Made by a program: the position numbers and the translations under genes
Shown here: positions 1 to 13,917 of the stretch, one piece after another
Position numbering within the stretch: the stretch's first letter is position 1
Layout of the letters: each line of letters starts with the position of its first letter
Assembly (NCBI RefSeq): GCF_964355755.1
Contig: NC_092673.1
Location: forward strand, 12,992,948-13,056,947
From: Antedon mediterranea
Taxonomy: Eukaryota; Animalia; Echinodermata
DNA: 64,000 nt
Direction of reading: 5' to 3'
Notes under the pieces: model-generated
The model's database searches: none
What the model was told of the DNA's origin: nothing
What the model saw: only the letters and a program-made list of their open reading frames with translations

Positions 1-533
1 ACCAATAAAACATGTTACAATAGTAAACTGTTTCTCAATGTGTTTTTAACGGCAAAAAGGCCTACGTACGTACGGTGAACATAATTTCGGTCTGTTTATT
101 GTTTTTCGTGAGCTAGCTTGCAGCAGCAGCAGCATGGGTGATAAAAATAGCAAAGCGGGGCTTTGATTGATGCGCATGTGCAGAGGTGTCATAATCAAAT
201 AAAAACGCCCACACCTAGACCACATGTTTTTTAAGCTCTTTTATTTTGATGTAATTTGATAGCAATGATGAAAATTGATTAGGTAAACGAGCCAAGCAAT
301 AATGACACAATAATTAATTAGTAACATTTCAAAGTTTATTAACACTAGTTAAGTCAAGTTCATTCCGTTTTGCCATAATGATTTCCAAATTTATAATGAT
401 GCACATTTTTAGTGAAACATTCCTATTTAAAGTCCTATTGCAATTGTGAATTTAACAATGATTTAAACAAAACAAAGACACAAAGTGGAATGTAAATTGA
501 ACTTTATTAAAAAACAATTCATATGCTAAAAAA

Positions 534-561
534 CAGGGAGGGAGTTGTTAACAACTCCCTG
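534..561. mobile_element. 28-bp palindromic insert, probable P-element excision footprint
   Basis: CAGGGAG(GGAG)TTGTTAACAACTCCCTG flanked by CTAAAAA(A) on both sides; same termini as 25343-25375. Confidence 0.6.
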
Positions 562-829
562 CTAAAAACAATAGCGCTTCGATGTGAAAAATCCCACCGC
601 AGTTCGATAGGCAACAAAGCAATTGCCGCTTCGTGGGTTAACAATGAACTGACCTGTCAATCACATTGTAGCGCTCCTTAGCAACATTATTTGATCGTAC
701 CGCCAAAACGTCGCTCACTTCATGCATGGTCAGGGTATGGTTAAAAGCTTTTGTACATTGTGCATGTATTGAATCCGAGTCAGCGACAACGATGTTACGT
801 TGTTTTTGTAAATATTTGGAGTTTTTTAA

Positions 830-1025
830 CTGTCAGTCCGGTTTTCAGAGACTAATTTTCGTGTTTTGTACTTCATAATTTGTCCGGATTCCGGAATTGG
901 GTATTCCGCTTTTCATAATAAATTACAGTACATTTAGAATAGGGACAAATTGGGCCCTCCAAAAAAGTCCGGTTTTTTGTGAATTCCGGTTTTGGGAGAG
1001 TCCGGTATTGGGAGAGTTGACTGTA
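830..1025. mobile_element. end of a pogo/Tc1-type MITE
   Basis: Repeated TCCGGT motifs ending in GAGAGTTGACTG|TA (reverse complement TA|CAGTCAACTCTC); partner end not found. Confidence 0.35.
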
Positions 1026-1228
1026 CTCAATATTCAACACACAGCACCAACACCAGAATTCTATTACTCAATATTCAACACACAGCACCAACACCAGAAT
1101 TCTATTACTCAATATTCAACACACAGCACCAACACCAGAATTCTATTACTCAATATTCAACACACAGCACCAACACTAGAATTCTATTACTCAATATTCA
1201 ACACACAGCACCAACACCAGAACTCTAT
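1024..1228. repeat. minisatellite, 5 x 41 bp
   Basis: Unit TACTCAATATTCAACACACAGCACCAACACCAGAATTCTAT at 1024, 1065, 1106, 1147, 1188. Confidence 0.95.
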
Positions 1229-2171
1229 GCGTCTAAAATAAGTTTTTACGCCCTAGCAGCATTGCCAAAACCTTCAAAACAAATTTATTCAATAAACGTT
1301 ACAAGAAAATATTAAACGTCAAACACACAAATATGTAAATTCTTGACATTTTATTGATGAATATTGGTAAAGTTGTACATATATATTTAGTATATTATAC
1401 TTTACTGACAAAAACCTGTGTGACCCTAATTGGTTTTTTTTTGGTAGGACAAGTTACTTAAAATGTGGGTAAAACCAGATTTAATAACGAATACATTTAG
1501 GTCTATTTTAAAATATATACGGTTAATACAACATTTAAAAGAAATTCAAAACAGATTAGGTAGGCAATTACCTATACTTTATTAACGTACAGTTTAACGT
1601 CCACGTGTGTCATTAATTTGTATTTGAAGTTCATCAAAATGAATGAAAATGATCACAAACGGTATGAAACCCAATATTCAAGTGCAAAATCGGTTTTTGA
1701 TTAAATTGCACAAAAAGCCAGACGCGCTGCACAATTTTGATATGTTTAAAATGAACGCAAACTTATATTTCTACAATAGGTTGATTAGAATTAGAACACT
1801 TATTGCATGGAAGTGATGGCTTAATTACCATGACCAGACTTAAACTTTTATTAATTAGAATAACAAAAACACATGTAAGAAGAACATGTAGGCCTTATGT
1901 TTACATTCATCGGATCAGTTATTTTCTTTTCGTAAAAATAAATATAAAAAAACCGATCTTCTCTTTAGCGAGTTAGTTATCCGTACGACAAACGCCAATG
2001 CAGATCAAAATGTGTCAAACTTGTCTGCATTAATGCATGTAAAGTATAGGAGCAACAAAATACTTTCAACTTTTTCTTATATTGAAAAATGTAATTGCAC
2101 ATTTTACGATGAAATATCGATGTGCACAGCGTACAGAAGTACTTGGGGCAAAAAATATTGCTAGTACATTA

Positions 2172-2270
2172 TAAAGTTAGATTGATTGATTTTGGAACGA
2201 AACATCCCATAACTACGTCATAAAGTTCGATTGATTGATTTTGGAACGAAACATCCCATAACTACGTCAT
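2172..2270. repeat. 49-bp tandem duplication
   Basis: TAAAGTT(A/C)GATTGATTGATTTTGGAACGAAACATCCCATAACTACGTCA twice. Confidence 0.9.
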
Positions 2271-2367
2271 ATTAATAACAATTATGTAATATTTTCAATT
2301 CATAATGCATGCTTTGATGACTAAATAAAATAATAAAGTTTTGTGGATATATTTGTTAATATACTGA

Positions 2368-3048
2368 AAGGGGTATGAACAATATTTTACAAATGAAATG
2401 AATTTTAAAAACGCTATATAAAAGAGACGCGCACGCCCTCAGCGTGCGAATTCTTTGACACAAAAATGGCTTCTAATTTTCAATGTCGTAACTCTTTATA
2501 TATATGGCTCTGTTTATTATGTTATGGTTGTTCTTTTCGGTTCACAAGTAATATCTATCTTATAATCATCCACTAAGAAACAAATAATTAAATATCCCAA
2601 CAGCATTTAACATGATGTTGGTATGTAGTTAAAAACATTTTTTGTCATGAAAACGCTACCGGTGGTCCAGGCTTAGAATTAGATTAGTTTGATCGCCACA
2701 AAAGTTGTATATATCCTAACTTATGGCGGCGCCCTCCACATGGACAATACCGCTGATTCCTCATGCTTGTGATATAATTCTTCGGTATTGAATACGCCCC
2801 CAAGACATATACAAACTTAATATAACTTAGAGGGCTCTATTAGTTTTAAGCAAACAATAAAATATCACAAAAGTCGATTAGAGTTTCTTCACATTAAGTT
2901 GGTGTTTTCTTTTCGTTTGTATGGTAATGTTTAGTATATTTACTTTAATCATAGTATCAACCATTTATCGCAATTTTAGGCCTAAATGAGGGTGCGCGCG
3001 TAACTTTTTATGAAAAACTCCATTTTTAATCGACATAGAGTTGGCCCT
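2368..3048. mobile_element. possible degenerate MITE (Kolobok-like ends)
   Basis: Inverted pair TAAAAGAGACGCGCACGCCCTCA (~2420) / TGAGGGTGCGCGCGTAACTTTTTA (~2987); AGGG...CCCT ends; no clean TSD. Confidence 0.3.
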
Positions 3049-3371
3049 TGATATGAATTACATTTTACAGCCAGTTTTTCAGTAATTTGCATAAGGCCTA
3101 ATAATAATAAAAATAAGTTAGGATAACTTACCACATCCAAAATGCAACAGAAAATGTTCTTCTTGGAACAATTTCAATATTTGTCAAACGAAGAACACCA
3201 GAAGTCTCCGCAAAATAAGCAGCGTAATCCGTGAGGTCAACAGGGTCAGAATATTGTATGTGTCTGGGAAACTGAGCATGGTCATCCCGCTTAGTACGGC
3301 CATGAGATGTCAAACATTGTCTCCCTTTTAGATCTTGTTGCTCTGATTTTCCGTAAGCACGGTCAATACAA

Positions 3372-6300
3372 TAGTGTAGGCCACTATGTAATTTCGTGTC
3401 ATTTTTTTGTTAAAAGCAAAATTCCAGCTGATTTAGTGTCTTTAGGATGTAAAGTAATGAAAAAAATATGTTGCCATTTTTTTAAAAAAGCTTAAGGGTG
3501 TCAAATCCAAGATGGCCGCCAATACGTAAAATATCCAATAAATGTACCATATTGGACAAAGTAACACCCATTATGAATAATATTTTAAGTTCATATGGGT
3601 TCTCTGCTATATAAGAATTATTATAAACCTATATTCATTAGTATTCTGACATTTTGAATTTCAAAATGGCCGCCATTTTTTAAAAATTGATTAAATTTCT
3701 TATTAAAACATGTGCAAGCTATGACGTTGATTGAAATCACATAAAATGATAGGCCTATGACAACAAAATTTGTGATTAACACAAAATGGCGGCCAATTTG
3801 AATTTTAAAATGGCCGCCATTTTTTTAAAATGGGTTAAATTTCTTATTAAAACTTGTATAAGTTAAATAAAATTAGATTGAAATATACAAAGTGATATGC
3901 TTATGACAACAACATGGTGATCAACACAAAATGTTGACCATCAGGAGGTCTACTGTACTGACAGTACACTTCTTCATATTAAAACATCTCATAAACTTTT
4001 TCAGTTAAATGACAACTAACTCTGCCAAAGTCCTTCAATGAAATATTTCTAATCTTGAATGCGATACAGTAAGTTGTTCTCTACTACTGTATCCATCAAA
4101 CTTCCACAGACTGATCTGCGTTCCCAACAACCTTGTTCAGAAACAAATTGGCAAAATAACTGAAATACCTCATTTCACCGGCAAATAATCTCTATAGGAG
4201 TCTTCTTTTACTTTGATAAGTTTGTCACCTGTATTCACCGTCATATATATTTTTTGCCAATATTCGTCTTTTTCTTAGGATCCCATATAGACAGTTTGCC
4301 TTCTACAAGACTTTTACCAATGCCTCAAACATTTTCTGTCCAATTTCATCATGCCATGGCCAACAAACACCTTTGTGCGAATTGCAGCATTCTTCATTAA
4401 TCGGGATATCATCTCTCTTTAAATGTTAACTAGATTTACCAGCTCTGATGAAATCATTAATTTGTGTTATTCCAATGATACCACGCTCAAAGACCCTGAT
4501 CAATTGATGTAAATCCAGCAAGTCCCACACATACATGTCCTCTCATATACATATATAGGGATATAGTTTAACCACATCATTTAGATTTCGTCGACTCTCT
4601 GTATGTATTCAAATTAATATCTTTATGATCAGCCTCTTTCAAACAAAATGATACTTAACTTAGAATCTCTTTTTCCGTCTGCATTTGTAGAAGCAAGTTG
4701 TAGAGAGAAAGCAGAATTAGTGTGCTTTTGTCCATTTAAGATATTTGTGTCACTGGTTGTATATGTAATACAAGTTCAGTTTCAACAAAAGCACTTGCCT
4801 CAACACTATTTTCACAATCCACTCATCTCGGGCAAGAGTCATCACCAGGCATTCTTGTCTTTCCTTAGTACATGAGTTTTTATACCACAACCATGTGCAC
4901 TCATCAAACCAGTGTATAATGCTGTAGGGGGTACATATCTAATGAAATTGGTTGAGATTGTAGAAGATGAGAAGTAGGAATTCATTCATTTACAAGGTTA
5001 TTTATAGGCAGAGCTGTATCTGTATTTCCTTCAAGCTTCTGCCAAAAGTTGACCGGTTGAAAACTTACCAACCATACTGGCCCTGAAGGTTCAGACATTG
5101 AATTACATAGCAATAACGCATTTATTATTTAACATATTTATACAGGATTTCACAATAAGGTATAAATGCACTTGTTTTATATTGTGGTCCTGTCTCCTGT
5201 CAAGTTTCAGTTTCATGAAAAGAAATGAGATCTGTAATTTAGAATCTATATAAATTATGGTTAATTCTGACATAGGCGAGCACAATGGAAAAACTTTGGA
5301 ACAAATTTCTGCCTTGGATACCTACCTGAACTATCTCAGGTGTACCGCGAAATGTAAAACAGTTTTCACTATTACGATATTGTTCCATATTTCTATCTTA
5401 GGAATATATTATAAAGAGTTTTAAAACAAAATTTCTGATTCATCGGTAGATTTTCAACTCAATTTCAATTGTACGCGGTCAAAGTAATTTCCGGGTTCAC
5501 GATGAGTTCACAGGTTCACTTGCAACTACCTGGTTTCAGTTAAGTTGGTCGTTAGTAGCTATTTTAGTTTTTTTTTTATTTTCGGATCGGACCGCCCGTG
5601 TGAAGGTACAGTAGTTAAAAAATAAAATCCCGATAGCCGAGTTTTATTGAGTAAGCTGGCAGGAATAACTGTAGGCTATCTGTGTCCCATTAGGGCCCAT
5701 ATTGCAAGCCGTCTAAAACATCTTCCTTCTTGGGCCGAAACGGCCTACACTGTCGCGGAAGTTAGTTTCAAAAGATGTTTAAATTAAATAATGTATTATG
5801 ATGTTATTTATTTGAATAAACACCTCCCCAATAAAACATCACTTTGAATAATAATCGCCTACACCCCCCCCCCCCCCCCCTCACCTACCCAACTATCTAA
5901 TAAACGCCCATCCACATTAATTATACCTACAATATTGTATATACTATTTATAATAGAATTCATTACACTGTTAACTATAATTTACCAAGCATTTGTTATA
6001 ATTTTTTACCACTTTTCATATCTATTAGAGGATTTTATTTGATTATGAATGTTACGATATTATTAAAACTAAAAAATCCCTCGAATAAGCATCTCCCTCA
6101 AATGAACTCTGCCTCCACCTCCACCCTATACAACAATAAACACTATACTTTAAAATTTTATCAATCATCTAAGACACTGTGAAACAGAGTAGGTTTAGTT
6201 TTTCGAATGTCAAGCATTTTCAATAATGGTAACCGACAGAAAACGTACAAGGAGAACGTCCTTCTAAAACCTTTTTACCCGAGTCATTATCCTTCCGAGA

Positions 6301-6937
6301 ACCTTCGTTTACACTTCCTAGAGGGGAGCGAACGAACTAGAGGTCTAACCCTCTAGTTAGACGTAATTGTTGTTGAATATTTGATATAAATTGTTAATTT
6401 GTTCCATACTTTTGCAACTCCAACTTTGAACGATTACTTAATTTAATAGTCATAGTGGGGTATTATATATCTGTTATATAGAGAGAGGACATTGACAACT
6501 TTAGACTTATATTTACAATTTATAATCCTGTGAGAAGTGACAATTTTAGAACATTGTGTACAAACAACAATTTATGCACACATATTTAAAAAAAATTATT
6601 TAAAGAATTTAATTTTTAGTGGTGGCCATTTTGAAATCCAAGATGGCCGACAGATTATCACTTTACACAGTTAGGATTGTATAATGGCTACAGTAATACC
6701 ATCAAAACGGACTTTTTCCACATTCATAATATGTATTATTGGTGATATTCTGATTTTTAATAGGGTTATTTGAATGTTGGTGGCCATCTTGAATTTGGTC
6801 CTTTAAATGTCTTTTGAAAAAATGGCAACATATTTTTTTTCATTCCTTATATTATCAAGATATGAAATAAAGTCAAAGTTTGCTTTTAACAAAAAATATA
6901 CACGACATTCATATAAACGACATACCAGCCTACACTA
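3372..6937 (-). mobile_element. Academ-type DNA transposon, decayed
   Basis: TIR TAGTGTAGGC...GCCTACACTA with >100 bp imperfect subterminal inverted identity; 3-bp TSD CAA (3369-3371, 6938-6940); decayed transposase fragments at ~4000-5350 (e.g. IDQ..GIIGIT). Confidence 0.8.
6214..6357 (+). mobile_element. short non-autonomous Helitron/Helentron-like 3' fragment
   Basis: Near-identical copy at 60335-60458; ends in hairpin plus CTAGT. Confidence 0.55.
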
Positions 6938-8163
6938 CAAGACCAACCGCGAATAAAAGTAAATGCTGGAAATTAGATACTGCCATGCTTGGAATCAAAC
7001 GTATAATAAGCACTGCTAATCTTACTACTGCCTTAAATTCAATGCTCATGGACCAATGAGTTGCTGATTGGCTGCGAAAAATCCGGGCCTCTTGTACCAA
7101 GGTGTTGTAAAAGCCTTTGTTTGGTTCAATTACACCTTTACGCCTTTACTCTGATTCATTGTTTTTTAAAATTTGCATACTTAGCAGATGCAGATGTTTT
7201 ACCTCCGCCTAGTACGGGGCGCTGTTCGGGACATTACTCATTTTGTCGACATAATACAATTAAACACGTTGTTATAGGCCTAATAATTATAAAAATAAGT
7301 CAGGATAACTTACCACTATTATGACATTTGACTTGAAGAAAAACATTTGGTTTTAGTAATTTTAAACATCCTTTTGCAAAGTTACAACAAATATTCAAAA
7401 ACCTCAAACAATGGCGTTTTTACGTATTCCTCGCCTATGTTAACAGCAGCAACAAAGGTATAAAACAGATCATTTTGTTTTACAGCAAACTATTTCTGAA
7501 TCTAGCGTATTAATTTAGCAAAAGTAAATCCAAGATCATCTTAGTGTTGTTGAACAAGGCGCGTAAGAGTAGAATTTCGTTGAAAAGGTGTTGCTGAAAC
7601 AGATGCAGTGTTCAATCAACATGAAGTGAAGAGACATGAACCACGAGGGTACATGTCTTTCGCAACTCAATCGCAACTATTTTCTTTTTAGGAGAGTAAA
7701 AAAAATGTTTTTAAAATCTACTTCCACAAATATAAACAATATACAATATCGACAATATCTCCGTTTTTGTTGTGATCGTTAAAATACAAATTGAAGATAA
7801 AAGCAATTAACATTTTTTACAAGTAATAATAAACAGATATTTACAGCTTCAAGAGTACACTTCATGACAATGAACAAGTCTGGCGTGTGCAACATCTACG
7901 TAATGGAAAAATCCCTAGTCTTTGGAAAATTCTGTCATGCAGCTCACAGCAAAATTTCATCATATCTCCATGACGCCGTACTCAGAAATTAGGGTCTGTG
8001 TTTTGGTTTGTTTGAAAACAGAGACGACCGCAGAAACTGCGCATATTACAATACATGCACACAGACTGTTTTTCTTTTGTTGTGTCCAAAAATAAGATAT
8101 TCCTTGGGTTATATAGTTATAACTTTTCACACTAAGCCAGTCAGACATCATAACAAATTCAAA

Positions 8164-8951
8164 CGCCCGTATTCTTAAACCGGACTTTAGTTGTAGTTCG
8201 AAGGTCGACTTGAAAAAATTGTAGTTCGAGCTATTACTTCAAATTCGATTAAAAAACAAAGTAGTCGAAGTTTGCAGTTCGACTTAATGAAGTCGAGCTT
8301 TTAGTCGAGTTGCACACGTCTGGGTAACAAAGGCTATACATTGGCCAATGACAAGAAAGTATTTGAGGAGCAGACGAAATTTTGCGCATTGATATCACTT
8401 CGCACTTTCTTACAACACTTTTTACGCATCAGGACTATATACATGAAAAGTAATTTTAATCGTTAATTATTAGAACAAGATCAGTATTAATTTAACAGTG
8501 AAGTACTTTTGATTAACAACAAACAAAATCTTCAAAATATATTCAGGAACCATGGCGGTACGGTAACTTTTATATTTTCCAGGCCCCCAACAAAGTATGA
8601 TCGCGACGAACCACGCACTTCATAGCGTAACAGAAAGCGCTAGGCCCCCTAAACATTGCGTGGTGAATTTCCGCATCTGCCATTGTCGCTATGGCGTGAC
8701 GTAGTTCAAGTCGGACTTGCGCGAAGAAAATAATTTAATTTGTATACGGTTGTAAATAAAGATTATTTTCATTATTATAATATCAATGTATATTTAATTA
8801 AGCTAATATTAAAAAATAGATATTTCATTCTTCAATATCTGGCCAATATAACAACTCAATGACTGTTACATTTTTCATAAACATCGTTTAAAAACCATTT
8901 AGGCGACCATTTAGCGTGCCCCCTCCAGGACTAAAAAAATCGATCAAAATT
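8164..8951. mobile_element. truncated non-autonomous Harbinger related to 40746-42478
   Basis: Starts with the same TIR CGCCCGTATTCTTAAACCGGACTTTAG; 8877-8950 matches 42272-42345. Confidence 0.75.
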
Positions 8952-8952
8952 C

Positions 8953-9585
8953 TGACCCGGGCAAGTAGAACATTTTCTGGATCATACTACATCAATCTAA
9001 CCCGGCCCGAGGTGTGGTCATATATTGCGACTTTAAAATTGGTGCTATTAAAACTTAGTAAAATAACATTAAAAATACGCATTGTAAATTGCTTTAAAAC
9101 AGGTACTTGCCCGAACTGGGATGCCAGGATCATACTAAGTCAATCTATACTATTGAGAACCCGGCCCAAGGCGTCGGGGTGTGATCATAATGCCAATTAA
9201 AAAGTGGTGCTATTAATACTTCAAAAACACTAAAAATACTCATTTTAAATTGCTTTAAAAGACGTACTTGCCCGCACTGGGCCGAGGCAAGTGGCACATT
9301 TCTGGAATGCCAGGACCATACTACGTCAATCTATACTATTATGAACCCGGCCCGAGGCGTCGGGGTGTGGTCATATGGCCACTTTAAAAGTGGTGTTTAC
9401 TAAAAAAAAAACACAAAAAACTGCATTTTAAATTGCTTTAAAACACGTACTTGCCCACACTGGGCCGGGGCAAATGGCACATTTCTGGAATGCCAGGACC
9501 ATACTACGTCAATCTATACAATTGTGAACCCGCCCCGAGGCGTCTGGTGTCGTCATATTTTCTAATTGAAAAGTGGTGTTTTTAA
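8953..9585. repeat. diverged satellite, ~3.5 x ~180 bp
   Basis: Recurring AACCCGGCCCGAGGCGTCGGGGTGTGGTCATAT...AAATTGCTTTAAAA...GTACTTGCCC at ~9000, 9159, 9344, 9527. Confidence 0.8.
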
Positions 9586-9994
9586 TGGTCTAAATTAATG
9601 CTAAAAATACGCCTAGCGAACGTCTAATAAGGAACCAACTTCACAAATGAATGTCGAATAGGGAATAAGTAACAGCAGGAGATTGGTTGGTGGTGCACGG
9701 CATATTTACCGCTGGGAAATTATCAATTTTGGCCTAGCCTAGCGAATGTCGAACGTTGAATAAGGAACCAACTTCCATTGACGAATGTCGAAAAGCAATA
9801 AGTAACCAACTTTACGGCGCTCATAAAATGATGAACATTGGCCACTTAATAATAATTACAATCAATAATTATACAATAAAAAAGTCACTGGGTGACCCTT
9901 TGGGCAAGGATGGTACTGTACTAGCTACTGATGGTACTACCAGGGAGGTGAAATAAAGCAGAGAGCTCGAAGTCCAGAAACTAATTTACTAGTA

Positions 9995-10836
9995 CCGTAT
10001 ATTTCGGTGTATAAGTCGCACCTGTGTATAAGACGCACCCCCAACTGAGAGTAAAATATCGGTATTTTTTATATCGTCGATGTATAAGACGCACCTTATA
10101 TTTCATCAAAACAATGTTTTTTTAAATTGTAATCAATATTATTGTAATAATATATTTTGTTATATCTACAACGGCATCCTTTATTTATGTTTTTTCTTAC
10201 CTAGGCTCAGCCGCGCCCAGCCTCAACAAGTTCTTTCCAACTTGTTATTCATGAGTTTCGCCGCAACATATCGAGTGCATGACCGTGTGTGTAACACGCA
10301 CGTGTGTGGGCTATCCTCGCTTGATCATTTCGAGAGGGCGCGCGTTTTCACGGACAATCGTATTCGATTAGTATCTATGTATCCGAGAAGTGTGTACGCT
10401 AGGTCCATGCTATAATCACCTGGAGAATATACTAGTCGAATACCGTACACCATGTGGCCACCAAAAGAAGGGCTTGCGCTTGGGGCACGGCGGTCGTGCG
10501 TATAACTACTGTATAAATAAATACTATTCCAATCGTATGACGTAAACGTTTACAAATAAAATTTTATCGGAGCGCCATAATGAACAAATCTTTTCATCAT
10601 ATTTAGTATAACATCATGCTGAAATGACTTGAAAACTAGGCAGAAGCAGGTTGCCGTTACGTTAGTTAGTTACTGTAGCTAGGCCTAGCCTACTCAGGCC
10701 TAGCAAACGAGGTGATAGCCTAGGCCTATGTACAATCTGTGTGGTGAGGCATTTATGTTCGGTGTATAAGACGCACCCTTAATTTAGAGGTCAAATTTGC
10801 GTGTCAAAAGTGCGACTTATACACCGAAATATACGG
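9995..10836. mobile_element. pogo/Tigger-like MITE
   Basis: Perfect 27-bp TIR CCGTATATTTCGGTGTATAAGTCGCAC; TA TSD at 9993-9994 and 10837-10838. Confidence 0.92.
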
Positions 10837-11441
10837 TAAATCAATTATCAAGACATGCGCTATGGTTTCTTCAAAGTCGGAAGGTCACTTAATCCTCGCT
10901 CAGGCTATGAAGGCTGCTCGAAAAAGTAGCTTTGATATCTTGGTTGGTCACCGTAAAAAAACTATTATTGTATGGATGCGCATTAATATGTTGGTTCTTT
11001 ACATGCGCACTAATGTTAAATGAAAACCCCACGAAAATCCCAACAAAGATGTACCAAGGTAAACACACTTCCTAATTGTATATTACTTTTTTTTTAAAGT
11101 TATTAGTGATTTTATTTTTGAAATTCATATAAATTCAATTGTTTTAATTGTTTTGATATAAATTTTGTTTTTTTGGTACAGTATTTATGAAGTTATTAAA
11201 GGTGTTTGAACATTATTCATGTATTATTCATGTATTTAAATTTATATTATTTATTTCTGATAATGCAGAGTTCATAAATAGACTGAGTTTTTGTTTAAAT
11301 AATATATAGATACTAATAGTTAAATAAGAATGTTAACTTATAATTGTTAATAATGAAGGCGGTAGACAATTTATTTCTTGGCTAGTCCCAGTTATAAATA
11401 GTAATTAAAATAACTAAATATTGTATATATATATTTTGGAT

Positions 11442-12070
11442 ATGGAAAGCCCTTGTCAGCTTTGTGGTTCTAATGCCATTCCATTGGATAAATGTCCTTA
11501 TCAAAAGGAGAAGTTTACTTTGCAAATAGAGAGAGCGTTTGATGTTCAAGTTAGTGAAAATCAGGATTTTCATCCTCAGCTAGTATGCACATTATGTGTA
11601 AGATCACTGAGAAGGTGGTGGGAAAAAGCTATAAAAAAAACAAGAAAGTATTAAACTTTAAATATTAAACTTTACGATTTTACATCAACTGAGCAGGAAG
11701 ACGCTACAAAACTACATGTAAACTGGGACACGCTTGTAACTGTGGCTTTGCAACATGGTCTTGCTCATTGGGAAGAAGGAGGTGTACATATTTTTGTAGC
11801 ACTAACTTCCAATGGTATTGCTACTAATTAAAGTTGACGGGGAAAATTAGGAGGTACATTCAAACGGTGTGATTGTTCAAAAATCAGTAGTAACAGGTAA
11901 GATCTAAAAAATTAATTATGGCTGTTTTTAGAAAGAAATACAAAGCAGGATACATGCCAAATTCTTATTGAAACTGAAGGTCGATGTTTTCAGTGCAAGA
12001 TATATCAAAGCGATATCATGTCACGTTCAGCTAAGCGGCGTAAAGCGCCACCTATTAAGGATATTTAGCA
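11442..12070 (+). pseudogene. N-terminal part of a P-superfamily transposase with RAG1-N-terminus/Chapa-like zinc domain
   Basis: CQLCG...AFDVQVSENQDFHPQLVCTLC..LRRW; colinear with 33336-32504, which continues into P transposase motifs. Confidence 0.55.
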
Positions 12071-12348
12071 TCTAGGACAAGAAATGATTGTTTGCCACGT
12101 TCTTTAGTAAACGAGAAAGCAGTTAAATTAAAACAAAGAAACAAATGCTGTTAATCTTTCTGTTTTGAGTGAATTTATTTAGAAGCAAACTTTTAATATC
12201 AATTCCCTGTAAATTTACCAATGTTTTTCCAGATATTCTTTGATATTCAATTTCTTTTTCTCTGAAAAAAGGAAAAACTTTTTCATTGATTTTAAATAAA
12301 CCTTCACGATTTTGCCTTTGAATCCATGAGTTAGCATAATTTTAATTG

Positions 12349-13917
12349 TCAGTTTCGTGTATCTTTGCATGAGGCACATAAACCAGCAGTATACTTAAGA
12401 ATTTCTTCTTCATCTTGTGTTATACTTATAATACCTAAGGAATCCTCATTTACTTTGTTGCACTCTACCATTAACAAGTTCAGAAGACCTAAAAGAAATT
12501 CTTGACATAAAATGTTTGCAGGAATTTTGTTGCACTGTACTTCGATTTTTGTTAGTAAATCTTGCCATACGCCAAGTGAATGCATCTTTAGCACCTGAAA
12601 GGTTTACCATATTTTATTGTCTTCTTCTGATGAGAAGTACTTGCTTCTGCGTTTTTCCAAGCACTCCCACAGCTCTAACGTAATATTTTTATAAAATGCA
12701 GTCAACAAGTAGTTGTTTGCATAACTGCCTCACCTCTACAACATTTGGGTAATTTTTCTGAAATACATGTATGTTTTTGTAGGATTTCTTTTAATGTTGC
12801 TGTAGCCAGCATTTTCCCCTTTTGCCTTAGTAAAATTTGATTTTGGTCGCAACACTAAATAAGAAAAGGCAAAAAATATATTGTAATGTAAAATAAGAAT
12901 CAAATTTGTCAATGTAATATACCTTTTTCTGTTCTTTTTCTTGTTTCCTTTTTGTCGTTCTTAAGCTTGGTATCATTATTTGATGTCTTATTAGGACTTG
13001 ATGGTTTAACCATACCCTGTTCTCTGATCGATGACGAACCTTTATGTTAAAATAAATGTGAATTTATTATACTGTATTATTACGTATTTAGGCCTGTACG
13101 CGTACTGAGTGAGTATAAAATTTAAAATACAGTAAATTATAGATAGAAATGGACCAGCAATATACAGTAGCAGGCCTTGGCCCCTACCTACCTAGTACTG
13201 TAGTCTAGGCCTAAAGGGTTTTGTTGTAATAATAATACTGTAGAGGTGCTTAAAAATTTAAAATATTGATTGATTGACAAAATAATAATAAATTACCATT
13301 AAACAAACGAATTAATTGGACTAACTTAGGCCTATTATAACCAGGGAGGTGTTGTTTTTTTCACCTTCCTGTTATAGCTACTTATTTTACACAAACAGAC
13401 CAGCGCCTATCGCTAGTTGACTAATAAGACCGCCTTCACCAAAGAACCAGACTCCTGAAAGTATCGAATGCTCAGTGAGGCCGACGCATTCGTAATAATA
13501 CCACCCGACATACATGATGAACTCTCACAAAATATAATTTTTTTTGGTGCCAACGTTTCCACAAATGCACAGGTTTAATCTCATCAACATCATTTTCCGA
13601 CTCTTGGACAGATTGAAGTCTACAGCTAATTCTTCTTCAAAATCTCACCCAACAAAATAGTCTTCCTTGCTGTAAACCGCCATGATGATAGCTGTACTGT
13701 TCACTAAACCATCCAGTTCTTCAGCCTTTTCTTCTGTTAAAGTAACACTTTGGTGTACCATCATCTTTTCTATTGTTTTTTCCAACTTAGGGTTTCTGGT
13801 TTCTAGTGAGCGACGGAAATTTTGGAAATTTTTAAATTTTTCATACAGCTCACTGTGATTCATCATGTCATGGCGGACATGCGACGACGACAATGTTCTC
13901 AGAGAAGAGATTATCAT
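12349..13917 (-). pseudogene. decayed multi-exon gene with PHD finger, probably TE-borne
   Basis: ~13580-13440 reads CICGNVGTKKIIFCESSSCMSG/WYYYECVGL..GVWF across frameshifts; downstream exon ..GVWQDLL..EEEILKYTAG. Confidence 0.45.
13342..13371. mobile_element. 30-bp quasi-palindromic insert, probable P excision footprint (second family)
   Basis: CAGGGAGGTG...CACCTTCCTG flanked by TTATAAC / TTATAGC; matches solo end CAGGGAGGTGAAAT at 9941. Confidence 0.6.

Larger units (their letters stand above)
3132..7346 (-). pseudogene. 5' exons of a pappalysin (PAPP-A)-like / LamG secreted protein, exon 2 interrupted by Academ
   Basis: Exon 1 7346-7314 MFFFKSNVIIV|GTAAGT; acceptor TTTCCAG|6965. Exon 2 = 6965-6941 + 3371-3132, giving hydrophobic HLLLFAVGLVLTVL, then (after a 1-nt shift in an A-run) RTKR and AAYFAETSGVLRLTNIEIVPRRTFSVAFWM; donor GTAAGT at 3131. 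Confidence 0.6.
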
